A DNA stretch of 64,000 bases from NCBI GenBank assembly GCA_029263175.1, contig JAJCXZ010000081.1, positions 2,851 to 66,850 of the forward strand. Direction: 5' to 3'. This DNA is from Acidimicrobiales bacterium. Lineage in GTDB: Bacteria > Actinomycetota > Acidimicrobiia > Acidimicrobiales > Aldehydirespiratoraceae. A model generated the notes under the pieces. The model saw only the letters and a program-made list of their open reading frames with translations. It had not been told where the DNA came from and ran no database searches. Numbering within the stretch: position 1 is the first letter of the stretch; every line of letters starts with the position of its first letter. Below are positions 9,682-20,471 of the stretch, one piece after another. The translations under genes and the position numbers were made by a program.

Positions 9682-9696
9682 GCTCCTATGTTGCCA

Positions 9697-10758
9697 TCAG
9701 CTGAGCCAGCGCTCGGCCCCCTCCAGGAGCCCATCGACATTGTCACGGGAGAAGTCATCGTCTCGTGTCTCCTGGTCGCCCATGGCGCCGAGGCTGTAGC
9801 GAACGCGGACGCCCTCGCTGATGCAGGCGAGTCGCCAATGCTGGAACGCGACGTACCAGGGGAGTGCCGAGATGTCGCGATCGGAGTCTTCGGCGTAGCG
9901 ACTGATGACGTCGTCGGCCGTGCCGAAGCCGTCAGCCCGGGTGGGCGCGTCGGCGATCCGGCCGCGGGCATCGGGATCGTCGCCCCACCACATCACCATC
10001 CCGGCAAGATCGGCGAGCACATCGCCGAGGGTGCACAGCTCCCAATCGAGCACTGCGGCGACACGGCCGTCGAAGCCCATCATGCAATTGTCGAGCCGGT
10101 AGTCGCCATGCACGATTCCGGCTCCTTGCTGCGGCGGGATCGAGGCTTCGAGCCGAGCGTGTAGGTGGTTGAGTAGTGGAATCTCACGATCAGAACCCTC
10201 GTCGATCTGCCGTTTCCAGCGACGGAGCTGACGAGCGCAGTAGTTCTCCTTGCGACCGAGCTCGCCCAAGCCGACATCGTCGGGGTTCACGGTGTGGAGG
10301 GCCACGAGCGTGTCAACCAGCGAGTCCCTCATCACCGGACGCAACGCCGGCTCGACCGCTTCGCCGTCAGCGAGGTCGAAGACGATCGAACCCTCGACGA
10401 AGCCCATCACGAAGAACGGTGCATCATTCACCGAGACGTCGTCGCAGAGTCCGACCAGGGGTGGGACTGGCACATCGGTGTCCTGGAGCGCCGCCATGAT
10501 CCGGTGTTCACGGGTCATGTCGTGAGCGCTGGCCAACACGTGCCCGGTCGGGGGGCGGCGCAGGACGTACCGAACGCCCGCCGCGTCGGTGACTCGGTAC
10601 GTGAGGTTCGATGCGCCTCCTTCGATCTGGTCGAACTGGAGTGGCGCCGCCAGCCCGTCGACTCGGGCAGCGATCCAATCGGTGACCGGGCCAGGGTTGA
10701 TCCCCGTGGGAGTGTGAGCCATCGGGAGAGGATCGCAGCTGGCGGGAAGCGTCGCCAA
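9697..10758 (-). CDS. phosphotransferase (APH/ChoK-like kinase) family protein
   Basis: Catalytic loop IVHGDYRLDNCMM and DWELCTLGD; start could instead be ATG 10722 (MAHTPTG). Confidence 0.8.
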   Translation of the reverse strand: MATLPASCDPLPMAHTPTGINPGPVTDWIAARVDGLAAPLQFDQIEGGASNLTYRVTDAAGVRYVLRRPPTGHVLASAHDMTREHRIMAALQDTDVPVPPLVGLCDDVSVNDAPFFVMGFVEGSIVFDLADGEAVEPALRPVMRDSLVDTLVALHTVNPDDVGLGELGRKENYCARQLRRWKRQIDEGSDREIPLLNHLHARLEASIPPQQGAGIVHGDYRLDNCMMGFDGRVAAVLDWELCTLGDVLADLAGMVMWWGDDPDARGRIADAPTRADGFGTADDVISRYAEDSDRDISALPWYVAFQHWRLACISEGVRVRYSLGAMGDQETRDDDFSRDNVDGLLEGAERWLS

Positions 10759-10774
10759 CTGCGAGCGTGGGGAT

Positions 10775-12373
10775 ATGAACGCGGAGATCGATACAGATGT
10801 CGTGATCGTCGGGGCCGGTTTCGCCGGCCTCTACATGTTGCATTCGGTGCGAGGGCTCGGCCTGAACGCACGCGTCATCGAGGCGGCCGACGACGTGGGC
10901 GGCACCTGGTATTGGAATCGCTATCCCGGGGCCCGTTGCGACGTGCCGAGTATGGAGTACTCCTACGGCTGGGATGACGATCTGCAACAGGAGTGGGAAT
11001 GGACGGAGCGCTACGCCACCCAACCCGAGATCCTCTCCTATGTCGAGCACGTCGCTGAGCGGTTCGACCTTCGTCGCGACATCACCTTCGAGACGCGGGT
11101 GGTGGCATCGGACTTCGACGAGACCACCGATACGTGGACGGTTTCGACCGACGCCGGCGAAGGGATCCGGTGCCGGTTCGTCGTGCTCGCCACCGGTTGC
11201 CTGTCGTCGGCGAACATGCCCGACTTCGAGGGCCGAGATGACTTCGCCGGTCGCTCGTTCCATACCGGCCAGTGGCCCCACGAGATGGTCGACTTCAGTG
11301 GCCGTCGCGTGGTCGTGATCGGCACCGGCTCATCGGCGATCCAGTCGATCCCTCTGATCGCTGCAGAGGCTGATTCCGTCACGGTCATGCAGCGCACGGC
11401 GAACTATGCGATACCGGCCCACAACAAGCCGCTCGATCCCGAAGAAGTCGCCGAGATCAAGGCTGACTACCGGAATTGGCGAGAGAAGGCCCGAGACTCC
11501 ACCGCGGCATTCGGTGGCCACCGTCCACGAATGGACGTCAGTGCCAAGGCGGTGCCGGCCGATGAACGGCAAGCGACGTTCGAGGAACGGTGGGCCTACG
11601 GCGGCCTCGGGTTCGGCGGCGCCTTCAACGATCTGATGCTCGATCAAGAGTCGAACGTGCTGGCCGCCGACTTCTTCCGGTCGAAGGTCGCTGAGATCGT
11701 CGAAGACTCCGATCTGGCACAGAAGCTGTCACCTCAGACGATTCTCGGCTGCAAGCGCATCTGTGTCGACACCGACTATTTCGCCACATACAACCGGACC
11801 AACGTCTCACTCGTCGATGTCAGCGCTACGCCGATCGAGCGCATCACCGCGACGGGCGTTGTTGTCGCCGGAGCGGAGTACGAGGCCGACGACATCGTCT
11901 ACGCCACCGGCTTCGACGCCATGACCGGCACGATCCAGCGCATCGACATCACTGGTCGCAATGGACTCTCGCTGAAGGACAAGTGGTCGGCCGGGCCGTT
12001 GACATATCTCGGGCTCGGGGTCGAGGGCTTCCCGAACCTGTTCCTCATCACCGGGCCCGGCAGTCCATCGGTGCTCACCAACATGATCGCCTCGATCGAG
12101 CAGCATGTGGAATGGATCCGAGACGTCATCGGCTCGATGACCGAGAAAGGCCAGTCCACCATCGAGGCCGACGGCGACGCCGAAGCCCGGTGGGTTGAAC
12201 ACGTGAATGCCGTCGCCGGCCTGACCCTCTTCAACAACTGCAGCTCCTGGTACCTCGGTGCAAATGTCCCCGGCAAGCCTCGAGTGTTCATGCCGCTCCC
12301 CGGCTTCCCCGACTACAAGGTCAAGTGCGACGAGGTAGCCGCGGCCGGCTATGAAGGATGGGTGCTCGCTTGA
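10775..12373 (+). CDS. Baeyer-Villiger (flavin-containing, NADPH-dependent) monooxygenase
   Basis: GAGFAG and GTGSSA dinucleotide motifs, GGTWYWNRYPGARCD, BVMO fingerprint FAGRSFHTGQWP. Confidence 0.9.
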   Translation: MNAEIDTDVVIVGAGFAGLYMLHSVRGLGLNARVIEAADDVGGTWYWNRYPGARCDVPSMEYSYGWDDDLQQEWEWTERYATQPEILSYVEHVAERFDLRRDITFETRVVASDFDETTDTWTVSTDAGEGIRCRFVVLATGCLSSANMPDFEGRDDFAGRSFHTGQWPHEMVDFSGRRVVVIGTGSSAIQSIPLIAAEADSVTVMQRTANYAIPAHNKPLDPEEVAEIKADYRNWREKARDSTAAFGGHRPRMDVSAKAVPADERQATFEERWAYGGLGFGGAFNDLMLDQESNVLAADFFRSKVAEIVEDSDLAQKLSPQTILGCKRICVDTDYFATYNRTNVSLVDVSATPIERITATGVVVAGAEYEADDIVYATGFDAMTGTIQRIDITGRNGLSLKDKWSAGPLTYLGLGVEGFPNLFLITGPGSPSVLTNMIASIEQHVEWIRDVIGSMTEKGQSTIEADGDAEARWVEHVNAVAGLTLFNNCSSWYLGANVPGKPRVFMPLPGFPDYKVKCDEVAAAGYEGWVLA

Positions 12374-12756
12374 GGCCGTGGCTGGTCGCCGCCAGCTTGG
12401 TGTTGGCGGCATGTTCGTCGACCGACGATGTCGGCGACGGCGACGGTCTGTTCCCCGACGTCGTCAGCGTCGACGCCAGACCGGCCCCCGATGGCACATG
12501 GACCTTCGACGTCACGCTCAGTTCGCCCTACGACGCACCCGATCGCTTCGCGGACGCCTGGCGAGTCCTCGCCCCCGACGGCACCGAGCTCGGGATTCGA
12601 GTGCTACTCCATGATCATGCCAATGAGCAGCCGTTCACCCGAAGTCTGAGCGGCGTGGCGATCCCTGATGGGGTGAATGACGTGACCGTGGAAGGAAAGG
12701 ACCAGCTCAACGGTTGGGGTGGAGAGGTGGTAGAGGTGAAGCTGGTACCGGAGTAG
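12358..12756 (+). CDS. putative lipoprotein, unknown function
   Basis: Signal/lipobox LVLAAC-SS near N-terminus; 132-aa ORF overlapping BVMO stop. Confidence 0.55.
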   Translation: MGARLRPWLVAASLVLAACSSTDDVGDGDGLFPDVVSVDARPAPDGTWTFDVTLSSPYDAPDRFADAWRVLAPDGTELGIRVLLHDHANEQPFTRSLSGVAIPDGVNDVTVEGKDQLNGWGGEVVEVKLVPE

Positions 12757-12781
12757 TCCGGAGGTGTGGAAGGGTGGCGCA

Positions 12782-14164
12782 ATGGAGATCTTTGACTCGG
12801 TGCTCGACATGGTCGGAGAGACGCCGTTGGTGCGCCTTCGACAGATCGGAGCGGACTTGCCGTGCCCCATTGTGGCCAAGGTTGAAGCCACCAATCCCGG
12901 CGGCAGCTCGAAGGATCGCCCCGCCATTTCGATGATCGATGCGGCTGAACGAGACGGCCTGCTGAAGCCCGGCGGCACCATCGTGGAGCCAACATCCGGC
13001 AACACCGGCGTCGGGCTGGCGATCGTCGCGGCCCAGCGGGGCTACAAGTGCGTTTTCGTCATGACCGACAAGGTCGGCGTCGAAAAGGTCGATCTTCTGC
13101 GGGCCTATGGCGCCGAGGTGGTCGTCTGCCCGGTGGCGGTCGCTCCCGAGGACCCATCGTCGTACTACTCAACAGCCGAGCGGCTCGTGAACGAGATCCC
13201 CGGCGCCTTCCGACCGAACCAGTACTACAACCCCTCGAACCGACAGGCCCACTACGAGACCACGGGCCCCGAGATCTGGCGGCAAACCGACGGCAGGGTC
13301 ACCCACTTTGTCGCCGGCGCAGGCACCGGCGGCACGCTTTCAGGCGTCGCCAAATACCTGAAGGAACAGAATCCGGACATCCAGATCATCGCCGCCGACC
13401 CTGAGGGCTCCGTTTACTCGGGAGGCTCCGGTCGGCCGTACCTCGTCGAGGGTGTGGGCGAGGATTTCTGGCCGCCGAACTACAACCCGGACCTGGTGGA
13501 TCGCACCATCGCAGTGAGCGACCAGGACTCTTTTCTCACCGCCCGTGAGGTCACCCGCCGTGAGGGTCTTCTCATCGGAGGCTCCGGCGGCACCGCAGCC
13601 AACGCGGCAATCACAGTGGCCCGCGACGCGTCGCCCGACGATCTTGTGGTCGTGTTGCTGCCGGACAGTGGCCGGCTCTATCTCTCCACGGTTTTCGACG
13701 ACGAATGGATGCACGGCTTCGGCTTTCTGCGCGCCGATGGCCCCGTGGTCGCCGATGTGCTCGAGAGCCGTCGCGACGGGGTCCCCGAGTTGCTCTACGT
13801 CCAACCGCAACAGACCGTTCGTGAGGCTGCTCGGGTCATGAGCGAGCACGGCGTCTCGCAGTTGCCCGTCGCCAAGAACGCGATGCCGCTGGCGGCCGCT
13901 GAGGTCATGGGCTCGGTCAGCGAACTCCGGCTCATGGAGCTTGCGTTCGAGACCGAGGCTGCGCTCGACAAAACAGTCGAGGACATCATGGGCCCGAAAC
14001 TTCGAACCATCGGCTCCGGTCAACCGGTGGCTCTCGCCGTGGAGATGCTCGAGTCGTGTTCCGCGCTGCTGGTGCTCGACGGCGGCCGTCCGAGAGCTGT
14101 CGTGTCATCAACCGACGTACTCACCTTCCTTTCCCGGAACGCCCACATCACCCAGGAGATTTGA
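12782..14164 (+). CDS. cystathionine beta-synthase (PLP fold type II plus tandem CBS domains)
   Basis: Start ATG 12782 (MEIFDSVLDMVGETPLVRL); PLP-lysine motif NPGGSSKDRPA; C-terminal CBS pair. Confidence 0.85.
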   Translation: MEIFDSVLDMVGETPLVRLRQIGADLPCPIVAKVEATNPGGSSKDRPAISMIDAAERDGLLKPGGTIVEPTSGNTGVGLAIVAAQRGYKCVFVMTDKVGVEKVDLLRAYGAEVVVCPVAVAPEDPSSYYSTAERLVNEIPGAFRPNQYYNPSNRQAHYETTGPEIWRQTDGRVTHFVAGAGTGGTLSGVAKYLKEQNPDIQIIAADPEGSVYSGGSGRPYLVEGVGEDFWPPNYNPDLVDRTIAVSDQDSFLTAREVTRREGLLIGGSGGTAANAAITVARDASPDDLVVVLLPDSGRLYLSTVFDDEWMHGFGFLRADGPVVADVLESRRDGVPELLYVQPQQTVREAARVMSEHGVSQLPVAKNAMPLAAAEVMGSVSELRLMELAFETEAALDKTVEDIMGPKLRTIGSGQPVALAVEMLESCSALLVLDGGRPRAVVSSTDVLTFLSRNAHITQEI

Positions 14165-15331
14165 GTGGCTGACGACATTTTCACCGATCCCCAGCAGTGG
14201 GGGTTCGAGACCCGCGCCATCCGTGCTGGTCAACATCACGACGCATCATCGGGCGCGGTGGTCACGCCGATCTCGTTGGCCACCACCTTCGTGCAGGAAG
14301 AGCCGGGAAAGCATCGCGGCTATGAGTACTCACGCACCGGAAACCCAACCCGGTCTGCGCTGCAGGACTGCCTCGCCTCCCTCGAAGGAGCGGGCCATGG
14401 CCTCGCTTTCGGATCGGGAATGGCTGCGGAGGACACACTTCTCCGCACCCTGTCGCCGGGCGATCACATCGTGCTCGGCAACGATGCCTACGGTGGCACC
14501 TACCGCCTCATCTCCGCGGTGCTCGCTCCGAGCGGTGTGGACTGGAGCGCCGCCGACCTCACCGACCCCGATTCGCTGCGCGCTGCCATGCGCCCCGCAA
14601 CCAAAGTCGTCTGGGCCGAGACTCCGACCAACCCCTTGCTGACGGTGATCGACCTGGCCGCCACCGCGGAGATCGCTCACGCGGGTGGTGCGAGGTTCGT
14701 GGTCGACAACACGTTCGCCACGCCCTACCTCCAGCAGCCGCTCTCGCAGGGTGCCGACGTCGTCGTCCACTCGACCACCAAGTACTGCGGCGGCCACTCC
14801 GACGTCGTCGGCGGTTTCATCGCCACGAACGACGATGGGCTGGCCGAACGTCTGGCGTATCTCCAGAACGCCATCGGCGCGATCGGTAGCCCGTTCGACA
14901 ACTACCTGACATTGCGTGGACTCAAGACCCTTGCCGTCCGCATGGACCGCCACTGTGAGAACGCACAGGCAATCGTCGATCTTCTCGTCGACCATCCCGC
15001 CGTCTCGCACGTGCTCTACCCGGGCCTATCCGACCATCCGGGTCATGAGGCTGCGGCTCGTCAGATGAGCGCCTTCGGCGGCATGGTGTCGTTCCGCGTG
15101 GCCGCTGGCCGCGACGCAGCGATGCGGGTCACCACCGCAACCAAAGTCTTCTCGCTGGCCGAGTCGCTCGGCGCCGTGGAATCCTTGATCGAGCACCCGG
15201 GCGTGATGACGCATGCGTCGGCCGCAGGCTCGCCGCTGGAGGTTCCCGACGATCTCGTGCGGCTCAGCGTCGGGATCGAATCAACTCAGGACTTGGTCGA
15301 CGACGTCGCTCAGGCACTCGACGGGCTCTAA
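14165..15331 (+). CDS. cystathionine gamma-lyase/gamma-synthase family (Cys/Met metabolism PLP enzyme)
   Basis: GTG start abutting CBS stop; YSRTGNPT and STTKYCGGHSDVVGG (PLP lysine) motifs. Confidence 0.85.
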   Translation: MADDIFTDPQQWGFETRAIRAGQHHDASSGAVVTPISLATTFVQEEPGKHRGYEYSRTGNPTRSALQDCLASLEGAGHGLAFGSGMAAEDTLLRTLSPGDHIVLGNDAYGGTYRLISAVLAPSGVDWSAADLTDPDSLRAAMRPATKVVWAETPTNPLLTVIDLAATAEIAHAGGARFVVDNTFATPYLQQPLSQGADVVVHSTTKYCGGHSDVVGGFIATNDDGLAERLAYLQNAIGAIGSPFDNYLTLRGLKTLAVRMDRHCENAQAIVDLLVDHPAVSHVLYPGLSDHPGHEAAARQMSAFGGMVSFRVAAGRDAAMRVTTATKVFSLAESLGAVESLIEHPGVMTHASAAGSPLEVPDDLVRLSVGIESTQDLVDDVAQALDGL

Positions 15332-15407
15332 CGGGTGTCGCACGGGTAGGCGTTCGGCGTCAGGAGTGCGGCTGAACTCTTAAGCCGCTCATCACATTCT
15401 CCTCACA

Positions 15408-15426
15408 GGTCATGTCGATCATGACC
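15408..15426. promoter_or_regulatory. perfect 7-5-7 palindrome immediately upstream of the DUF1800 start
   Basis: GGTCATG-TCGAT-CATGACC ends 2 nt before GTG 15429, in a locally AT-richer stretch. Confidence 0.25.
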
Positions 15427-15428
15427 AT

Positions 15429-16694
15429 GTGACAACGAGAGAAGACATCGCATTCCTCGCTCGACGAGCCGCCTGGGGACTCGCCCCCGGCGAGCTCGAC
15501 GCACTCGAGGCCCTCGGAACAACGGCCTACATCGATGCGCTCGTCGACCCCGACGGGGCCGGGATCGAGGCGGAGCCGTCGCCGTGGGTGGATTTCGAGT
15601 ACGTGGACGAGCAGGAGGTTCGCCAGCAGCAAGGCCTTGAGACTCTCGATCGCTGGACGACTCATCTGGTCGAAACGAAGCGTCCGTTCGAGAATGCGAT
15701 GGCGTGGTTCTGGCACGATCACTTCGCGGTCTCATTCCAGGTTGTGCAGTACCTGCCGACCCTGATCGATCACCTTGACCTGATCCGCGATCAGGGTCTT
15801 GGCGACTTCCGTGAACTGATCCGGAGCATCTCGGTCGACGGCGCCATGCTGGTTTTCCTCGACGGCGCCACGTCAACAGGAGATGCGCCGAACGAGAACT
15901 ACGGGCGTGAATTGCTGGAGCTCTACACCCTCGGCATCGGCAACTACACCGAAGACGACGTGCAGGCAGCGGCAGTGGCGCTCACCGGTTGGGTGGTGCG
16001 CCGCCGGCTCGGCTGGGAGGTTCAGTTCGTGCCTCGCCGCCACGACTCGTCCCCGCAGTCGTTCCTCGGCAAGACGGTTAATGACGTCGAGTCCGTCGTC
16101 GACGCCGCATGCTCGCATACGGCGTGCGCAGGCTTCGCCTCCGGGAAAGTCGCTCGCTTCTTCCTTGGAAACCCGAGCGACAGTGTGCTGAACGACATGG
16201 CCGAACGGTTCGCCGCCGCGGAGCTCGATCTGTCGGCGCTGGCCCGCGACGTGCTGGAGGCCGGTGCGGCCGGCGAGTCAACGCCACTGGTCGTTGCCCC
16301 GGTTCCGTGGTTCATCGGCGCGCTCAAGGCCACTGGGGCGCTGATCGAGCCTCGCGCGCAAATAGGCCTCCTCCGTGCCATGGGCCAGGTGCCAGGCTCG
16401 CCGCCGAACGTCGGCGGTTTCCCCGGCGCGTCGACATGGTTGGCGTCCTCGTCCACCGCCGCACGCTTCGGTGCGGCGAACGTGATCGCCCGCTCGACGG
16501 CCGACGATGCGGCAGCGATCACTCTGGCCGCCGACGGCGAGTGGGACGGCCTTGCCGATTTGCTACTGCGCCCTTCCGGATTCAGCGCCGCCACGCTCGC
16601 CGCACTCCGCGATCTTCCCGCCAACGTGTCCACTCGCCGGGGAGAGGGAGCCCTAGCGCTCGCCTTGGCGTCACCCGACCTGCTGATCGTCTAG
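15429..16694 (+). CDS. DUF1800 domain-containing protein
   Basis: 421-aa ORF; WFWHDHFAVS and RELLELYTLGIGNYTEDDV blocks characteristic of DUF1800; followed by its usual DUF1501 partner. Confidence 0.8.
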   Translation: MTTREDIAFLARRAAWGLAPGELDALEALGTTAYIDALVDPDGAGIEAEPSPWVDFEYVDEQEVRQQQGLETLDRWTTHLVETKRPFENAMAWFWHDHFAVSFQVVQYLPTLIDHLDLIRDQGLGDFRELIRSISVDGAMLVFLDGATSTGDAPNENYGRELLELYTLGIGNYTEDDVQAAAVALTGWVVRRRLGWEVQFVPRRHDSSPQSFLGKTVNDVESVVDAACSHTACAGFASGKVARFFLGNPSDSVLNDMAERFAAAELDLSALARDVLEAGAAGESTPLVVAPVPWFIGALKATGALIEPRAQIGLLRAMGQVPGSPPNVGGFPGASTWLASSSTAARFGAANVIARSTADDAAAITLAADGEWDGLADLLLRPSGFSAATLAALRDLPANVSTRRGEGALALALASPDLLIV

Positions 16695-16701
16695 GAGACT
16701 C

Positions 16702-18009
16702 ATGTCGAATCAATCCCTCTCTCGTCGCCGGTTCATCGGAGCCGCCGGCGCCACGGCCGGAGTCGTAGCGGTCGGCGGCGGCATATGGGCGACAACGCTG
16801 CGCGACAGCGTCGAACAGTCGGTGCTCGAAGGCATCGGCTCCACCACATCCACCACGACCACTGCCGCCGGTACTGGCGCAGCGCCATACGGCGATCGGA
16901 TCCTTGTGGTGTTGGAAATGGCCGGCGGCAACGATGCCATCAACACGCTCGTGCCCGCATCGGGGCTCTACAACGATGCCCGACGCGAGCTCGCGCTTCC
17001 GGCGAACGAGTTGGTCACACTGAGCGGGACTGACTACCGGCTGCATCCTGCGCTCACCACGCTGGCGCCGTATTGGGATGATGGTTCGATGGCCGCCGTC
17101 GCCGGTGTCGGCTTGGTCGACCAGAGCCGATCGCACTTCAAGGCGATGGACACCTGGTGGTCGGGCATCCCGGGAGCACCGTCACGGACGGGCTGGCTCG
17201 GCCGGTGGCTCGATGCCACGCTCGAAGGGCCCAACGATCCGCTACGTGCGATCGCGCTCGGGGGTGGGAGCCCGGCCCTGGTGGGGGACAAGACTCTCGC
17301 CACCGTGGTGCGAAACCCGGCCAACTTCTCGCTCAGGACCTTCCCCGACATGGATGCCGACACGTTGATCAACGCCTTCCTCGACACCGCTGAGCCGCTG
17401 GCACAGACGCCTGAGCTCGCGGCTGCACAGGCAGCGATCCCGTCAACGCTCGAGGCGGTTGAGTTGCTCGCCACCGTCTCGGGCGATATCGATGAGACCG
17501 CCGTGTTCGGCTCAGGTCCCCAGCGCGGTGGCGAGTCGGTCACCGATCTGCTGCAGACGGCTGCAGGCATCATCAACCTGGGAGTCGGGACTCGCGTCAT
17601 GACAGTTGGCATCAGCGGATTCGACACGCATGCCGATCAGCTCTCCCGGCATCACGACCTGCTCAACGATGTCGGAGCCGGCCTCGCAGGCTTCTTCGAA
17701 CGTCTCGCCGCCGATGGACATCTCGACAAGGTGATGGTGGTGACCACCAGCGAGTTTGGCCGCCGGATCCAGGAGAACGGCTCGTTCGGAACCGACCACG
17801 GCACCGGCGGTCTTCAGTTCATTTTCGGTCCGGGTGTCGTCGGCGGCCAGGTGGCCGGCGAGCTCGATCTCGCCAACCCGGTCAACGGCGACCTCCCAGT
17901 CGTGCTCGACACGCGGTCGGTCTACTCAATCGCCCTCGACTGGCTCGGTGGGCCCACGGACGAAATCCTCGGCGGACCTCATGACCGCCTCGGGCTCCTC
18001 GCTGCTTGA
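16702..18009 (+). CDS. DUF1501 domain-containing protein (Tat-exported, sulfatase/phosphatase-like fold)
   Basis: Twin-arginine signal SRRRFIGAAG; SEFGRRIQENGSFGTDHGTGG motif. Confidence 0.8.
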   Translation: MSNQSLSRRRFIGAAGATAGVVAVGGGIWATTLRDSVEQSVLEGIGSTTSTTTTAAGTGAAPYGDRILVVLEMAGGNDAINTLVPASGLYNDARRELALPANELVTLSGTDYRLHPALTTLAPYWDDGSMAAVAGVGLVDQSRSHFKAMDTWWSGIPGAPSRTGWLGRWLDATLEGPNDPLRAIALGGGSPALVGDKTLATVVRNPANFSLRTFPDMDADTLINAFLDTAEPLAQTPELAAAQAAIPSTLEAVELLATVSGDIDETAVFGSGPQRGGESVTDLLQTAAGIINLGVGTRVMTVGISGFDTHADQLSRHHDLLNDVGAGLAGFFERLAADGHLDKVMVVTTSEFGRRIQENGSFGTDHGTGGLQFIFGPGVVGGQVAGELDLANPVNGDLPVVLDTRSVYSIALDWLGGPTDEILGGPHDRLGLLAA

Positions 18010-18013
18010 TCGC

Positions 18014-18050
18014 CTAACGCACACTGGGGTCTGTCCCCAGTGTGCGTTAG
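18014..18050. repeat. REP-like palindromic element, perfect copy
   Basis: CTAACGCACACTGGGG-TCTGT-CCCCAGTGTGCGTTAG; right arm contains the TAA stop of the LLM gene (18047..18049). Confidence 0.85.
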
Positions 18051-18955
18051 GTCTGTTTGTGCATGACGGCGTCGGCGATCTCGTCGATCTCGGTGATCCA
18101 ATCATCTGCGGTACCGAGGTCGCCCGAGGGGAAAACCACGAACTTGGAGGCGCCGACCTCCAGATAGTTGTCGATCATCTCCGCGAGGCGCTTGTGCGAA
18201 GTCGCGATGACATCCTCGGGATCGGCGTCGGGACGGCGTTGAGAGATCCGAACCGCGACGGCGTCGGGGATACCGTCGGTGGAGATGGGGATGAGCACGC
18301 CGTAGTGCTCGGGGTCCATCCGGCGACCGGCTTCCTCGGCCGCAGCTTCGATGGCCCTGATCCCCTCAGCGACGTGGTGCGGGGTCGTGAACGAGGCCAG
18401 CCAACCGTCGGCGAGTCGGCCGGTGCGGCGAAGCTCTGATGGCGCCTGACCCCCGAGCCAGACTTCGAAGGGATCCTGCACGGGCTTGGGCAACACGCGT
18501 GCGCCCTTGATCGAGAACCGTTCACCTTCGTGGTCGACGACTTCTTCGCTCCAGAGCCGTCGCATCAACGGCATGGCTTCATTGAGCCACGGAGCCCGTT
18601 CTTTGCGGTCGACGCCGAACGCCTGCTGTTCGGCGGTGTTGGCGATACCCAAGCCGAACGCGGGGAGGCAGCGCCCGCCCGAGACCTGATCGAGACTGGC
18701 CAGCGCCTTCGCCATGACGACCGGGTTGCGCCCAGGGATCACGGAGACGGCCGGGCCGAACTTCAGCCGCTCGCTGCGTCCAGCGACGTACGACATCGCC
18801 ACGATCGGGTCGAGCTGCGGACTGTTGATCCGTTCGGGAAACCACAGGGAGTCGTAGCGGTGTTTGTCGAGCGCCTCCACGACTCGGCCGAGGCCCTGCC
18901 CCTCGGCATAGAGCCTGGGTGCGGCGCCGATTCCGAATCCGATTCGAACCTTCAT
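18047..18955 (-). CDS. LLM-class F420-dependent oxidoreductase
   Basis: Start ATG 18955 (MKVRIGFGIG...); YDSLWFPERI, GGRCLPAFGLG blocks; paralogous in type to 3119..4036. Confidence 0.8.
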   Translation of the reverse strand: MKVRIGFGIGAAPRLYAEGQGLGRVVEALDKHRYDSLWFPERINSPQLDPIVAMSYVAGRSERLKFGPAVSVIPGRNPVVMAKALASLDQVSGGRCLPAFGLGIANTAEQQAFGVDRKERAPWLNEAMPLMRRLWSEEVVDHEGERFSIKGARVLPKPVQDPFEVWLGGQAPSELRRTGRLADGWLASFTTPHHVAEGIRAIEAAAEEAGRRMDPEHYGVLIPISTDGIPDAVAVRISQRRPDADPEDVIATSHKRLAEMIDNYLEVGASKFVVFPSGDLGTADDWITEIDEIADAVMHKQT

Positions 18956-19000
18956 GCCGTGAGGTTTCCACAGAACTGTCGATGAGGCAGAGTTGCACCA

Positions 19001-19663
19001 ATGGCTGACCAGGGGTTCGCGTTGCACGATGTCTCGGTGGGCGCGCCGGGTCACCGCCGACTCCACGACGTCACCCTCGAGATCCCGGCGTCAGGCATCA
19101 CTGTTCTCGCCGGCCCGTCAGGGGCCGGCAAGTCGACCCTGCTGCGTCTCCTGAACCGGCTCGACGTGCCCGACTCGGGTTCGGTCCGCTGGCGGGGCAC
19201 ACCGCTCGACGATCTCGACGTGCTTGTTCATCGGCGCGAGGTCGGGATGGTGTTCCAGCAGCCGACGGCGGTTCCGGGCACCGTGGCCGACAATCTCCGC
19301 CTGGCCGCGCCAAGCATGGGCGACGCGGCGATGGTCGAGCTCCTCGACACCGTCGCACTCGGCGCCGACTTTCTGAATCGCAACGCACTCGAACTCTCCG
19401 GCGGCGAGCGTCAGCGGGTGTGTCTCGCCCGCACGCTGGCCACCGATCCGATCATGGTCCTCGCCGACGAGCCGACGGCTTCGCTCGATCCGGAGGCCAC
19501 GGCGATCATCGAAGCGTCAGTTCGACAACTGGCCGATCCCAGCGGACCGCACCGAGTCGGGTGGGTGTGGGTGTCCCACGATGCGAAGCAGACCGAACGC
19601 CTCGCCGACCGGGTGATCACGCTCGATGCCGGCGCAGTCCTGGGCGGAGGTCTCGATGGCTGA
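19001..19663 (+). CDS. fetA: ABC transporter ATP-binding protein, FetA/YbbL-like
   Basis: Walker [10 protein letters not shown], signature LSGGERQR, Walker B VLADEPT; followed by UPF0014 permease. Confidence 0.7.
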   Translation: MADQGFALHDVSVGAPGHRRLHDVTLEIPASGITVLAGPSGAGKSTLLRLLNRLDVPDSGSVRWRGTPLDDLDVLVHRREVGMVFQQPTAVPGTVADNLRLAAPSMGDAAMVELLDTVALGADFLNRNALELSGGERQRVCLARTLATDPIMVLADEPTASLDPEATAIIEASVRQLADPSGPHRVGWVWVSHDAKQTERLADRVITLDAGAVLGGGLDG

Positions 19664-20462
19664 CACCGACATCGGCCTCGTCGGCCTCGCCCTCTCAGGA
19701 ATCCTGGTCGGAGTGGCGATCCTGCTGTCGCTGATCCGACAACTCGACATCGCCCGTGAAATGGTCATCGCCGCAACCCGAGCCCTGGTGCAGCTGCTCA
19801 TTGTCGGAGCCGCGCTCGGGCTCGTGGTGAAGGACGACTCGCCGTTGGTCTGGACCTGGCTCTGGCTGGTGGCGATGGTGGTGTTCGCATCATGGACCGT
19901 TGGCCGCCGAGCTCCAGAGGTCCCGCAGGCCCGTCGCCTCGCGCTCGTCTCGTTCACCGCAGCTGCCGTCGTCACGCTTGGTGTCCTCTTCGGCCTCCGG
20001 GTGTTCGAGCCCACGGGCCGAGCCATGGTGCCGCTCGGCGGGATGATGGTCGGCAACGCAATGACCGGCACCGTGGTCGCATCGCGGCGTATCGTCGCCG
20101 AGGCTCGGGACAAGCGGGACCTGATCGAGGCTCGGCTTGCCCTCGGACTGCCATCCAACGAGGCCTTCGCCCCGCATCTCCGCGAGGCCTTGCGGACAGC
20201 ACTCGTGCCTCAGATCGAATCGACGAAGGCGGTGGGGATCGTGTTCCTGCCCGGCGCCATGACCGGGCTGATCCTGGGCGGAGTGGATCCGGTGGAGGCC
20301 GTCCGCATCCAGGTTGCCGTCATGTATCTGGTTCTTGGGTCGGTTGCGACGACCACGTCGGTGATGGCACTGGGGCTGACGAGAGCGATGTTCACCACCG
20401 ATCACCGCCTCCGATGGCTGCGATCACCAGAGAAGTGGGCACGTAGGGACCGAAGCCCCTAA
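19656..20462 (+). CDS. fetB: ABC transporter permease, FetB/YbbM (UPF0014) family
   Basis: Start ATG 19656 overlapping fetA stop; multi-TM; GMMVGNAMT and [15 protein letters not shown] motifs. Confidence 0.7.
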   Translation: MADTDIGLVGLALSGILVGVAILLSLIRQLDIAREMVIAATRALVQLLIVGAALGLVVKDDSPLVWTWLWLVAMVVFASWTVGRRAPEVPQARRLALVSFTAAAVVTLGVLFGLRVFEPTGRAMVPLGGMMVGNAMTGTVVASRRIVAEARDKRDLIEARLALGLPSNEAFAPHLREALRTALVPQIESTKAVGIVFLPGAMTGLILGGVDPVEAVRIQVAVMYLVLGSVATTTSVMALGLTRAMFTTDHRLRWLRSPEKWARRDRSP

Positions 20463-20471
20463 TACGCGTCC

